This document shows, one piece after another, positions 34,912 through 43,538 of a stretch of 43,538 nucleotides of DNA. This stretch comes from a bacterium (lineage in GTDB: Bacteria > Hinthialibacterota > Hinthialibacteria > Hinthialibacterales > Hinthialibacteraceae): positions 1 to 43,538 of the forward strand of contig JBHGBC010000036.1 of NCBI GenBank assembly GCA_041946805.1. The letters are read 5' to 3'. The notes under the pieces are model-generated. The model had not been told where the DNA came from and made no database searches. It was given only the letters and a program-made list of their open reading frames with translations. The translations under genes and the position numbers were made by a program. Positions within the stretch are counted from its first letter, which is position 1, and every line of letters begins with the position of its first letter.

Positions 34912-37026
34912 ATGAAAACACGAGACGTGATGGAAACCGTGGATTCTCCCCGGCGGCGGCAGTCATCCCTGGCCCTGGACTTGGGGCAGGGAAGGCTGGC
35001 GTTGGGACTGTGGGGCCGCCGGCTCGTTCTTCCCCTGTTTCCGGCGCTGTTGTTGATCTACCACGCCCTGGTCTACCCGGCCGTTTTCCCCCGGCTGGAT
35101 CTCCCCGTATCCGATGACGCGAACTATTTCGGCTATGCCCGGCTTTTCGCCCGGTATGGCGCGCCCCTGTACGCCGACTGGACCCCGGTGCTGACCTATT
35201 GGGGAGCCGCGCTGGACTGGATTGGCCTGTTTTCCTGGTACGGTTTGTTTTTTGTGTATTCCTTTTCCTGTAAGTTGATTTTGTTGTGGGGCATTTACTC
35301 CTTCACGGCGCAATTCACGCGGGACAAGGCCTGGGCGTTTCTGGGAACGCTGCTGGCCAGCGTGTGCTTCACGTATTGGTTGATGATCAACGGCCGCGCC
35401 TTCCCTTCCGGCTGGATGCTGCTGATGCTCGCCGGGATGAAAAAGCGGGGATCGCTGGATGTCTTCTCCGCCCTGGCGTGCGTGGCCTTGTCGTTTTTGC
35501 TCCGGCCGGAATTTGTCTTTCCCGCCGCCGGCTGGGCCGCCTGGTTCGTATGGCGGCGGGGGCGGGACGCGTCTTGGAGGCAGGTCCTGACGCCGGGGAA
35601 AGCGGGGGTGGTGTTCCTCCTCGTGACGGCGGGTTTGTGGCTGCCGGTGATCTTCCGGGGGCAGCTGAGCACCAACCGCTTTCTCTTCGCGTTCGCCCAG
35701 AAATTCAGAAACTACGTGGTGCTCAACCAGTTCGACCAGCGGGTGGGCCTTCCGCCGGACGCGGATTGGTACCAGGTGATGGACACCTTCTTTCCCCGGA
35801 AGGAGCGTGACCGTGAGTCTCTCCTGGCCCGGTGGTCGCCGTTTTACGAAATCGTGTCCGCCAATCCCGGGGTGTTCGGCCGTTTCGTCTGGGCCAACAC
35901 GCGCCCCTTGCTGATCGGCAATTTCACCTTTACGTACTCAAAGCCATTGTCCCGGGCGGTCAATATATATGTATATGGATCCTTTCTTGCTTTCGGGATT
36001 CTCTTCGCTCTCCGGAAAAGCCTGCCGGAGAAAGCCCATTTCCTAGCGGGCAGCCTGATCTTCATCGCCGCCAGCGCCCCGCTGTGCCTGCTGATCCAGC
36101 CCCTGCGGGATTACGTCTACCCCGCGGTGATCTGGTTCACCGTGGTGATTCCGTATGTCTGGATTTCGCGTACTTCATTCCGGCTGCCGCTGGCGGGCGC
36201 GTTGATCGCCGCCGTGCTGGGCGCGCAAACCGGTCCGTGGATCCAGTTCTTGAAGGAAAATTCGTCCATGACCAACTGGAAGCGGGCCATGCTGCTGCAA
36301 GCGGCGGGTGAGCGGATTTCCCTGGAGGCCGCCACCGTCGGGGAAGCCTATCCCGTGTTTGGTTCCGCTTTTTCCGATGCGGTTCCGCGTTCCGTGCATT
36401 ATCCAACGATCTGGGACGCCGAAGGCCGGCTGCGGTCCTACGGGGAAAAAGGCGCTCGTGTGGATTTCATCCTCTTCGAGGAGAATCCTCCCCCCCATCT
36501 GCGGCCAACGGTGGTCCGGTTGCGCGCCTGGATGCACAAATGGGGGGAACCGGCCGCCGCGGCGGATGGTTTTTCATTCTGGAAAGTGCGGCGCCGCTCC
36601 GTGGCAGTGCCGGGAGAAATCGTGGTCACGGATGATCTGCTGGAAGACACCCCCCTGGCCGGTGAGGAAGACGCCGATACTCCGGGGGACCGGCAACTGG
36701 TGATCCACTGGAATTTCGGAGACGAGCGGTCCCCGGATTACCATGTCTACCTCGCGGTGGACGGCGGGGATTTTCAATATCTGGGGCGGGCGGGATCCGG
36801 CCGGGCGCGGCTGTTGCTGTGGAAAGCGGGAAGGCCGGGATTGAATCCGGTGTTTCTCGAGGGGCCGGAATTCGGGCATCGCTACCGCTTCCAGGTATTC
36901 GCGCTTCCTTACTCCGGATCAGGGGAGAAACCGCGCGTCCTGACCACCCGGGACGCGGTGCGTTACCGGGAAATGCCGGTTACGGTCCCGGCGTCCCATC
37001 CCGGGTCCGATAAACCGGATCAATAA
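34912..37026 (+). CDS. Multi-pass membrane protein, probable GT-C glycosyltransferase-like, with a C-terminal soluble beta-rich domain
   Basis: SDDANY acidic motif after TM1, LRPE motif, about 10 hydrophobic segments; C-terminal VTDDL..LVIHWNF..YHVY..YLGR..GPEFGHRYRF domain. Start uncertain. Confidence 0.65.
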   Translation: MKTRDVMETVDSPRRRQSSLALDLGQGRLALGLWGRRLVLPLFPALLLIYHALVYPAVFPRLDLPVSDDANYFGYARLFARYGAPLYADWTPVLTYWGAALDWIGLFSWYGLFFVYSFSCKLILLWGIYSFTAQFTRDKAWAFLGTLLASVCFTYWLMINGRAFPSGWMLLMLAGMKKRGSLDVFSALACVALSFLLRPEFVFPAAGWAAWFVWRRGRDASWRQVLTPGKAGVVFLLVTAGLWLPVIFRGQLSTNRFLFAFAQKFRNYVVLNQFDQRVGLPPDADWYQVMDTFFPRKERDRESLLARWSPFYEIVSANPGVFGRFVWANTRPLLIGNFTFTYSKPLSRAVNIYVYGSFLAFGILFALRKSLPEKAHFLAGSLIFIAASAPLCLLIQPLRDYVYPAVIWFTVVIPYVWISRTSFRLPLAGALIAAVLGAQTGPWIQFLKENSSMTNWKRAMLLQAAGERISLEAATVGEAYPVFGSAFSDAVPRSVHYPTIWDAEGRLRSYGEKGARVDFILFEENPPPHLRPTVVRLRAWMHKWGEPAAAADGFSFWKVRRRSVAVPGEIVVTDDLLEDTPLAGEEDADTPGDRQLVIHWNFGDERSPDYHVYLAVDGGDFQYLGRAGSGRARLLLWKAGRPGLNPVFLEGPEFGHRYRFQVFALPYSGSGEKPRVLTTRDAVRYREMPVTVPASHPGSDKPDQ

Positions 37027-37068
37027 TCTCCAAGGCTGCTACAGAAATTGACATTCCCGATCTTCCAC

Positions 37069-37097
37069 TTGCGTGGGGAGAGGTTGTCTATTATACT
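37069..37097 (+). promoter_or_regulatory. Sigma70 promoter of the nusA operon
   Basis: TTGCGT-17 nt-TATACT. Confidence 0.65.
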
Positions 37098-37109
37098 TAG
37101 AAATTCAAC

Positions 37110-37135
37110 AGGTGGGGTCCGACCCCGCCTTTTTT
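37110..37135 (+). promoter_or_regulatory. rimP-leader-like attenuator hairpin
   Basis: AGGTGGGGT-CCG-ACCCCGCCT-TTTTT just after the promoter, the position and form of the leader terminator known ahead of rimP-nusA-infB operons. Confidence 0.7.
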
Positions 37136-37235
37136 ACGTACTTTCGTCCTCTTTTTGATCCCTACTTCGCGCAACATGGTATGATTCAGGGCGAAAGGAA
37201 CTCAGCCCACGCAGGGAGTACAACGGGAGCGAACC

Positions 37236-38582
37236 ATGAGCAAGGAAGTGCTAGACATTCTCAACCGCATCAGCCTGGAGAAGAACATACCGGTTGAGAC
37301 CCTCCACGAAGCGTTGGAGGCGGCGCTCATTTCGGCTTCCAAAAAAATGCTCCCTCCCGAAGTGAACGTGGTGGAAGCCGAATTTGACACAGAAACCGGT
37401 GATTTCCGCGTCTACGCCGACATGGAAGTCGTGGAAACCGTCGAGAACAAGAACTACGAGATCTCATTGGAAGAAGCCCGCAATTATGTCGAAAACGTCC
37501 AGATCGGCGAGGAGTTGTCCGTCGACGTGACGCCTCCCAATTTCGGACGCATCGCCGCCCAGAGCGCCAAGCAAGTGATCACCCAGCGCATCCGCGAGGC
37601 GGAACGGGAGGTGATTTACGACAAGTATAAAAACCGCGCCGGCGATCTGGTGACGGGCGCCGTGCTCCGCTATGAACGGGGCAGCGTCATCATCGACCTG
37701 GGCAACGCGGAAGCGGTGCTGCCCTCCAAGGAACAGCCGGCCGGAGAACGCTACCGCTACGGGGAACGGCTCAAGGCGGTCATCGTGGACATTCAGAAAA
37801 CCTCGAAGGACGCCCAGATCGTTCTCTCCCGCACCACGCCGGAACTGGTCGTGCGGCTGTTCGAGCAGGAAGTGGCGGAAATCCGGGATGGCATCGTCTC
37901 CATCCGCCTCGTGGCGCGCGAGCCCGGCAAGCGCAGCAAGATCGCGGTCCTCTCCTCCGACAACGACGTCGATCCCGTGGGCGCCTGCGTGGGAATGAAA
38001 GGCTCCCGCGTGCAAATGGTGGTCCAGGAACTGCGGGGCGAACGCATCGACATCATCGAATACAGTGACGACAAGCGCCGTTTCGTCGCCAACTCCCTCA
38101 AGCCCGCCAATATCGAAAGCGTCGAATACGACGAAAGCCGGAACCGGGCTTTGTTGGTCGTCCGGGACGAGGAACTGGCCCTGGCCATCGGCAAAAACGG
38201 CCTGAACGCCAAACTGGCCTCGGAACTCACCGGTGTGCAAATCGATATTATCTCGGAATCGCAACTCTCCGAGCGGGCCCGCAAGGCGAAACAAGAACTG
38301 AACCGCATTCCCTCGCTGCGCGAAGGGTGGATCGATTCCCTCCTCAGTCAGGGTATCATCAAGGTGGAGGATGTGATCGCCGCCGGGGTGGACGGTTTGA
38401 CCAAGATCGAAGACCTGGACACGGAAACCGCCCGCCGTATCCTGGAAGAAGCCGAACTCTTATTGGAAGGAAAGGATCTGCAAGCCATCCAGGTGGAAAT
38501 CCAATCCCCGGAAGACGCGGAGGCGGGGGATCTCCAGACCGCCGATGCCCCCACTCCCAATGAGGAAACCCCGGCCGTTTGA
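37236..38582 (+). CDS. nusA: Transcription termination factor NusA
   Basis: FGRIAAQSAKQVI, AREPGKRSKIAV, VDPVGACVGMKGSRV, LAIGKNGLNAKLA. Confidence 0.98.
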   Translation: MSKEVLDILNRISLEKNIPVETLHEALEAALISASKKMLPPEVNVVEAEFDTETGDFRVYADMEVVETVENKNYEISLEEARNYVENVQIGEELSVDVTPPNFGRIAAQSAKQVITQRIREAEREVIYDKYKNRAGDLVTGAVLRYERGSVIIDLGNAEAVLPSKEQPAGERYRYGERLKAVIVDIQKTSKDAQIVLSRTTPELVVRLFEQEVAEIRDGIVSIRLVAREPGKRSKIAVLSSDNDVDPVGACVGMKGSRVQMVVQELRGERIDIIEYSDDKRRFVANSLKPANIESVEYDESRNRALLVVRDEELALAIGKNGLNAKLASELTGVQIDIISESQLSERARKAKQELNRIPSLREGWIDSLLSQGIIKVEDVIAAGVDGLTKIEDLDTETARRILEEAELLLEGKDLQAIQVEIQSPEDAEAGDLQTADAPTPNEETPAV

Positions 38583-38761
38583 CCTCCGTACCCCGGCGGC
38601 TCCATTCGATTGACGGGATTGCATACTATCGGTAGAAGCCAGCAACGAACCTGTCTGTGGAAAAGGAATTGTAAAATCAAAAAAAAATCCCGGCCAACCA
38701 TGCACGGCACCACGCATCCTTTGACGCGCAGGCGGTTAACCGCCAGGGAGTCACGATCTTT

Positions 38762-41479
38762 ATGAGAATTAATCAAATCGCTCGGAAACACGGACTCGAA
38801 AACAAGGACATCCTGGATTATCTGGAATCGATCGGTGTCCAGGGTAAGAGTCACAGTTCATCGCTCGACGATGGAACCACCGAGCTATTGCTGCAACATT
38901 TTGGTAAACTGGAATCCAAGGAAGCCGAGGCCGCCCCGAAGACGAACTCCCGCTTTGCCAAGGTCCGGCGCCCCAAGGGGTGGAAACCTCCCGAAGCCTC
39001 GGAAACCGCCACCCCCCCCGCCGCCCTCGTACGGATAGAAGCGTCCATGGAACTCCCGCCCCGCGGCGGAATCCACGACCGCCACGCCGCCACTCCGGTG
39101 ATGGAGATGCCGGAATCCGTCGAAGAACAGGATACCGCCGCGATCGAGGAAATGACCTCTATCCCGCCCGTGGAGGATACCGTTATCGAAACGCCTCCGG
39201 CCTCCGCCGTGGAAGAAGTCTCGGCCGAGGAGGCGATCAAGCGGGAAATCCGCAAACTCCGTAAAGATAAAACCGTCGTCGAACCCAAGGTCAAGAAAGA
39301 AAAGAAAGCCGTCAAAAAAGCGAGGCCCAAAACCATTTCTCTTGAAACCCTCAAAAAACCCAAGGGCGAGGCGGAAATCATCATCGAGGCGCCCGAACTG
39401 GATTTGGATAGCTTCGAGGATCGCCCTCCGGTCATCGAACCTCTTTTCGAGGAAAAGATCGAAAAAGAGATCCCCCGCCGCCACGATGAGGACGAGGCGA
39501 TCCGCCGCGAAATCCAAAAACTCAAAATCAAGCAAAGCCGGCCGCCGGTCGAAATATCCAAGACCAAGCCGGTGGAGGAGGCCGCGGCCGTCATCACCCG
39601 TCCCACCGGACGGCGGCGGCCCGCGGTAATCAAAACCAAGGGCAAACGGGCCTGGAAACGGGAAAAACGGGAACGGCGGGAACTGTTGCAGGCGGCGGAA
39701 ATGGAAAGACACGAACGCGAAAAAACCATTCTCAAGGTGCATGATGCCTCCACCGTGGCCGATGTGGCCAGCGGCCTGGGAATCCCTCCCAGCGAACTGA
39801 TCCAGAAATTGATCACCCTCGGCGTCATGGCCACCATCAATCAACCGATCGACTTCGAAACCATTCAGATCATCGCCGACGAATTTAATTTCGCTGTGGA
39901 AAAGGTCGATCTCAAGGACAGCGACGCCCTGGCCGAATTGTGGGAGCAGGACACCGACGAATCCCGGAAAACGTTCCGTCCGCCCGTGGTCACGGTCATG
40001 GGCCACGTCGACCACGGCAAAACCAAACTCCTCGACGCCGTCCGCCAGGCCGATGTCGCCTCGCACGAGGCCGGCGGCATCACCCAGCATATCGGAGCCT
40101 ACTATGTCAATACCCCGGGGGGCGATATCGTCTTCCTCGACACCCCGGGCCACGCCGCCTTCACGGCCATGCGCGCCCGCGGCGCCATGGTCACGGATAT
40201 CGTGGTCCTCGTGGTCGCCGCCTCCGAGGGAGTCATGCCCCAGACCGTGGAAGCCATCAACCACGCCAAGGCCGCCGGGGTGCCCATCATCGTGGCGCTC
40301 AACAAGATCGATCTCGAGGGCGCCAATCCCGACCGCGTCAAACAGCAACTGGCCGAACTCGACCTGCTGCCCGAGGAATGGGGCGGCAAAACCGTCGTCG
40401 TGCCCATCTCGGCGCTGAAGAAAATCGGCATCGAGGGACTGCTGGAAAGCATCCTCCTGCAGGCGGAACTGCTGGAACTGAAGGCCGATCCCGCATGCCG
40501 CGCCCGGGGCGTGGTCGTCGAGGGCCGCCTCGAACAAGGCCGCGGGCCGGTCGCCACCGTCCTGATTCAACAAGGGACCCTGCGGATCGGCGATCCCTTT
40601 GTGGCCGGCGTGTACGCCGGACGCATCCGGGCCATGTCGAACGACAAGGGCGGGGCCGTGGATGCCGCCGGCCCTTCCATGCCCGTGGAAATCGTGGGGA
40701 CCGACAGCGTCCCCAGCGCCGGCGACCCCTTCATCGTGGCCAAGGACGACAACCAGGCGCGCCAGATCAGCATCCGGCTCCAGCAGATCCAGCGGGACCG
40801 CGAACTGACCCGCGCCCGCAACATCACCCTGGAGGATCTCCACGCGCAGATTCAGCAGGGAGCCATCAAGGAACTGCGCCTCATCGTCAAGGGCGATGTC
40901 CAAGGCTCCGTGCAGGCCGTTTGCGACAATCTCAAGAAAATCGAAAGCGAAAAAGTCCGGATCCAGATTCTTCACAGCGCCGTCGGGGCCGTCACCGAGT
41001 CGGATGTCATGCTGGCGGCCGCTTCCAACGCGATCATTCTGGGTTTCAATGTGCGGCCCTATCCCCACGTGATCGACCTGGCCAAACAGGAACACGTGGA
41101 CATCCGCACCTACCGGGTCATCTACGACGCGATCTCCGACGTCACCAAGGCGATGACCGGGATGCTGGAAAAGACCTACGAAGAACGGATCCTGGGCCAC
41201 GGCGAAGTGCGCGAAGTCTTCCGCGTTTCCCGCAGCATGAGCATCGCCGGATTGTACATCCAGGACGGGCGCATCCTCCGCAACGCCCCCATCCGCCTGC
41301 TGCGCGATTCCGTGGTCGTGCACGAAGGCCGCATGGCCTCCCTGAAACGCTTCAAGGACGATGTCCGCGAAGTCCAGAGCGGGTACGAATGCGGCATCGG
41401 TCTCGAAAACTTCAACGACATCCGCCACGGCGATGTCGTGGAATGCTATATGCTCGAAGAGGTGGCGCCGACGTTGTAA
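38762..41479 (+). CDS. infB: Translation initiation factor IF-2
   Basis: [58 protein letters not shown]. Confidence 0.99.
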   Translation: MRINQIARKHGLENKDILDYLESIGVQGKSHSSSLDDGTTELLLQHFGKLESKEAEAAPKTNSRFAKVRRPKGWKPPEASETATPPAALVRIEASMELPPRGGIHDRHAATPVMEMPESVEEQDTAAIEEMTSIPPVEDTVIETPPASAVEEVSAEEAIKREIRKLRKDKTVVEPKVKKEKKAVKKARPKTISLETLKKPKGEAEIIIEAPELDLDSFEDRPPVIEPLFEEKIEKEIPRRHDEDEAIRREIQKLKIKQSRPPVEISKTKPVEEAAAVITRPTGRRRPAVIKTKGKRAWKREKRERRELLQAAEMERHEREKTILKVHDASTVADVASGLGIPPSELIQKLITLGVMATINQPIDFETIQIIADEFNFAVEKVDLKDSDALAELWEQDTDESRKTFRPPVVTVMGHVDHGKTKLLDAVRQADVASHEAGGITQHIGAYYVNTPGGDIVFLDTPGHAAFTAMRARGAMVTDIVVLVVAASEGVMPQTVEAINHAKAAGVPIIVALNKIDLEGANPDRVKQQLAELDLLPEEWGGKTVVVPISALKKIGIEGLLESILLQAELLELKADPACRARGVVVEGRLEQGRGPVATVLIQQGTLRIGDPFVAGVYAGRIRAMSNDKGGAVDAAGPSMPVEIVGTDSVPSAGDPFIVAKDDNQARQISIRLQQIQRDRELTRARNITLEDLHAQIQQGAIKELRLIVKGDVQGSVQAVCDNLKKIESEKVRIQILHSAVGAVTESDVMLAAASNAIILGFNVRPYPHVIDLAKQEHVDIRTYRVIYDAISDVTKAMTGMLEKTYEERILGHGEVREVFRVSRSMSIAGLYIQDGRILRNAPIRLLRDSVVVHEGRMASLKRFKDDVREVQSGYECGIGLENFNDIRHGDVVECYMLEEVAPTL

Positions 41480-41524
41480 TCCAGGATACGGGCAGGTTTC
41501 CCTCTCCCGTCCGGGTGCGCATCC

Positions 41525-41806
41525 ATGATTGTCGGAATTCTCGAGGTCTCCTTCCACATCCCGGGTTCGCAATCGCTCAAGGACAAGCGCCAGGTGGTTC
41601 GTGGCCTCAAGGATCGCATCCGCCGCCGCTTCAATGTCTCCCTGGCGGAAACGGACGGCCAGGAGACCTGGCAGCAATGCAGCCTCGCGGCCGCCATGGT
41701 CGCCACCCAGCGGACCGCCGTGGAACGGGAACTCAACCGCATTCTGGATTTGATTCAATCCGTGCCCGCGGTGGAAGTGACCGATCAGTGGATCGACTAT
41801 CTCTGA
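41525..41806 (+). CDS. DUF503 (YlxP-like) protein
   Basis: SLKDKRQVV..RFNVSLAE..QETWQ; usual position between infB and rbfA. Confidence 0.92.
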   Translation: MIVGILEVSFHIPGSQSLKDKRQVVRGLKDRIRRRFNVSLAETDGQETWQQCSLAAAMVATQRTAVERELNRILDLIQSVPAVEVTDQWIDYL

Positions 41807-41841
41807 CGGATGTCCGTGACGAATATCTGGGACAATTGGCG

Positions 41842-41871
41842 GGAACCAATAGCTGGAACCAATAGCTGGAA
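41842..41871 (+). repeat. 13-bp tandem duplication GGAACCAATAGCT x2.3
   Basis: Read directly in the DUF503-rbfA spacer. Confidence 0.85.
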
Positions 41872-41960
41872 GAAATATTTGTGACGAGTTTTCCGCCGCG
41901 TATACCCCTGACTGGTCCCCCCGCCCATTCTGAGAAAGGCCGGGTACATCCTCCGGAATC

Positions 41961-42323
41961 ATGACACAAAAGAAAACCTACCGGCTGGCCCAGGTCAACC
42001 GCCTGTTGCAGGAACAGATCGCCGACGTCTTCCTGACGGAACTGGGAGATCCCCGTCTCGCCGGCGTGACCGTGACCGAAGTCCGGACCACCCGCGACTT
42101 GCACAACGCCGTGGTTTTCCTGGCGTTGCACAAGCAGGCGAATCCCGCCGAATGCCTGGAGACCGCCCAGCGGTCCGCCGGCTTTATCCGGAAATTGCTG
42201 TTCTCGCGGCTGCGCCTCAAACGCGTCCCGGAACTCGAATTCCGCTTCGATTCCTCTCTGGACGAGGCGGAACGGATCTACCGGGCTCTCGAAGGGATCG
42301 ACCTGGGACCCGGGGAAGCGTGA
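41961..42323 (+). CDS. rbfA: Ribosome-binding factor A
   Basis: DPRL..VTVTEV..TRDL, AGFIR, LKRVPELEFRFDSS; synteny. Confidence 0.95.
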   Translation: MTQKKTYRLAQVNRLLQEQIADVFLTELGDPRLAGVTVTEVRTTRDLHNAVVFLALHKQANPAECLETAQRSAGFIRKLLFSRLRLKRVPELEFRFDSSLDEAERIYRALEGIDLGPGEA

Positions 42324-42353
42324 ATCCATCCTGCTGACCGATTCGAGGATTGA

Positions 42354-43301
42354 ATGAAACCGAAACTGGAAATCAACGGCGTCTTGAACATCAACAAACC
42401 CGCGGGCCTGACCTCCCACGACGTGGTGGATGTCATCCGCAAGGTGTCCCATGTTAAACGGGTGGGGCACACGGGAACGCTCGATCCCATGGCCACCGGC
42501 GTCCTGCCCATCTGCATCGGCAAGGCCACCAAGATCCAGCAATTCCTCATCGCCCAGGACAAGGAATACTCCGTCAACATGCGCCTGGGCCTGATCACCG
42601 ACACCCAGGACACCACCGGCGCGGTCGTGGAAGAATTGCCGGTCCCCCCCCTCGTTCCCGGCGATATCGAATCCGTCTTCGCCCGCTTCCGGGGAGAACA
42701 ACTGCAAGTGCCCCCCATGGTCTCCGCGAAGCACCACAAGGGCGAACGGCTTTATGAACTCGCCCGCCGGGGCGTGGAGGTGAAACGCGACCCTTGTAAG
42801 ATCCATATCCACGAATTAACATTGGAATCCGTGGATTTGCCGGTCATCCGGTTCCGGGTGATCTGCGGCAAAGGCACCTACATCCGCACCTTGTGCCATG
42901 ACCTGGGCCAGGCCCTGGGCAGCGGGGCGGCCATGTCGGGTTTGGTCCGCGTCCGTTGCGGGGCTTTCCATATCGATCAGTCCATCGCCTTGGACGAACT
43001 CCAATTCCCCGGCGATGTGCTGCCGCGGATCGTCAGTTTGAACGAGGCGTTGTCGTCCTTGCCCTCCGTGATGGTCGGATCGGAAGGCAAGGCATCCCTG
43101 CATTGTGGACGCTTTCTCTCCGGCGGCGCGATCACCCGCCGCAACGGGGAGTTTTTCACCGGCTCCATGGTGCGGGTGACCGGCCGCGACGGAACCCTCA
43201 TCGGAGTGGGGGAAGCGCTGTTGAACTCCGACCAAATGGATGAATTGGCGGGCAATCTGCGCGTGATCAAACCCGTCAAGGTGTTTCACCAAGGTCTGTG
43301 A
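42354..43301 (+). CDS. truB: tRNA pseudouridine(55) synthase
   Basis: [44 protein letters not shown]. Confidence 0.97.
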   Translation: MKPKLEINGVLNINKPAGLTSHDVVDVIRKVSHVKRVGHTGTLDPMATGVLPICIGKATKIQQFLIAQDKEYSVNMRLGLITDTQDTTGAVVEELPVPPLVPGDIESVFARFRGEQLQVPPMVSAKHHKGERLYELARRGVEVKRDPCKIHIHELTLESVDLPVIRFRVICGKGTYIRTLCHDLGQALGSGAAMSGLVRVRCGAFHIDQSIALDELQFPGDVLPRIVSLNEALSSLPSVMVGSEGKASLHCGRFLSGGAITRRNGEFFTGSMVRVTGRDGTLIGVGEALLNSDQMDELAGNLRVIKPVKVFHQGL

Positions 43302-43374
43302 ACGAGATCGGATGAGTCGGGGAGAGAGTGTCTCCCTTGACGAAATAAGGGAAATCCAGGAAGGAGGTTGTGTC

Positions 43375-43538
43375 TTGTCCATTACCAATCAGCGGAAGAA
43401 AGAATTGATCGAGGAATTCAAGGTCCACGGAACGGACACCGGCTCGCCGGAGGTCCAGATCGCCATTTTGTCCGAGAAAATCAAGAACCTGACCGAGCAT
43501 TTTAAGGTTCATAAAAAGGACCATCATTCTCGTCGTGG
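43375..43538 (+). CDS. rpsO: 30S ribosomal protein S15 (partial, truncated by the window end)
   Basis: TTG start after [61 protein letters not shown]. Not in the ORF track. Confidence 0.96.
   Translation, partial: MSITNQRKKELIEEFKVHGTDTGSPEVQIAILSEKIKNLTEHFKVHKKDHHSRR

Noticed and set aside
41842..41871. 13-bp tandem duplication as a functional element
   Set aside because: Only 2.3 units with no supporting context; probably replication slippage.
38885..41962. 1025-aa minus-strand ORF
   Set aside because: Antisense shadow of infB, typical of GC-rich codon bias; no motifs.

Overview
GC-rich bacterial genomic window; the lineage cannot be determined from sequence alone. Left to right it contains: (1) an abrupt junction at ~291-298 between a minus-strand TIGR01777/YfcH epimerase fragment and the 3' part of a plus-strand heparinase II/III-like gene; (2) a secreted beta-helix protein and an orphan gene; (3) a Mn/Fe/Zn ABC operon (DtxR-family regulator, binding lipoprotein, ATPase, two permeases) in which both permeases carry C-terminal DtxR-like domains, with a palindromic operator over its promoter and a ~220-bp MITE-like insertion flanked by a 12-bp direct repeat; (4) an alpha/beta-hydrolase and an FG-GAP/ASPIC-UnbV lipoprotein; (5) a Tad/Flp pilus operon (flp, cpaA, tadE, cpaB, cpaC, two tadG-like genes, cpaE, cpaF, tadB, tadC) ending in an OmpA-domain lipoprotein and an extra AAA ATPase; (6) an AT-rich cassette with the pilin, an FkbM methyltransferase and a GT87-like glycosyltransferase; (7) an orphan NarL/LuxR response regulator preceded by a c-di-GMP-I riboswitch with ON-switch architecture; (8) divergent TPR/coiled-coil and GT-C-like membrane protein genes; (9) nusA-infB-DUF503-rbfA-truB-rpsO without rimP. 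The most interesting candidate system is a c-di-GMP riboswitch to transcription factor to Tad pilus circuit with apparently exchanged surface and modification modules; the links between these parts are inference. BoxC-like palindromic repeats fill many intergenic spaces. No CRISPR array, tRNA, rRNA or transposase was seen.
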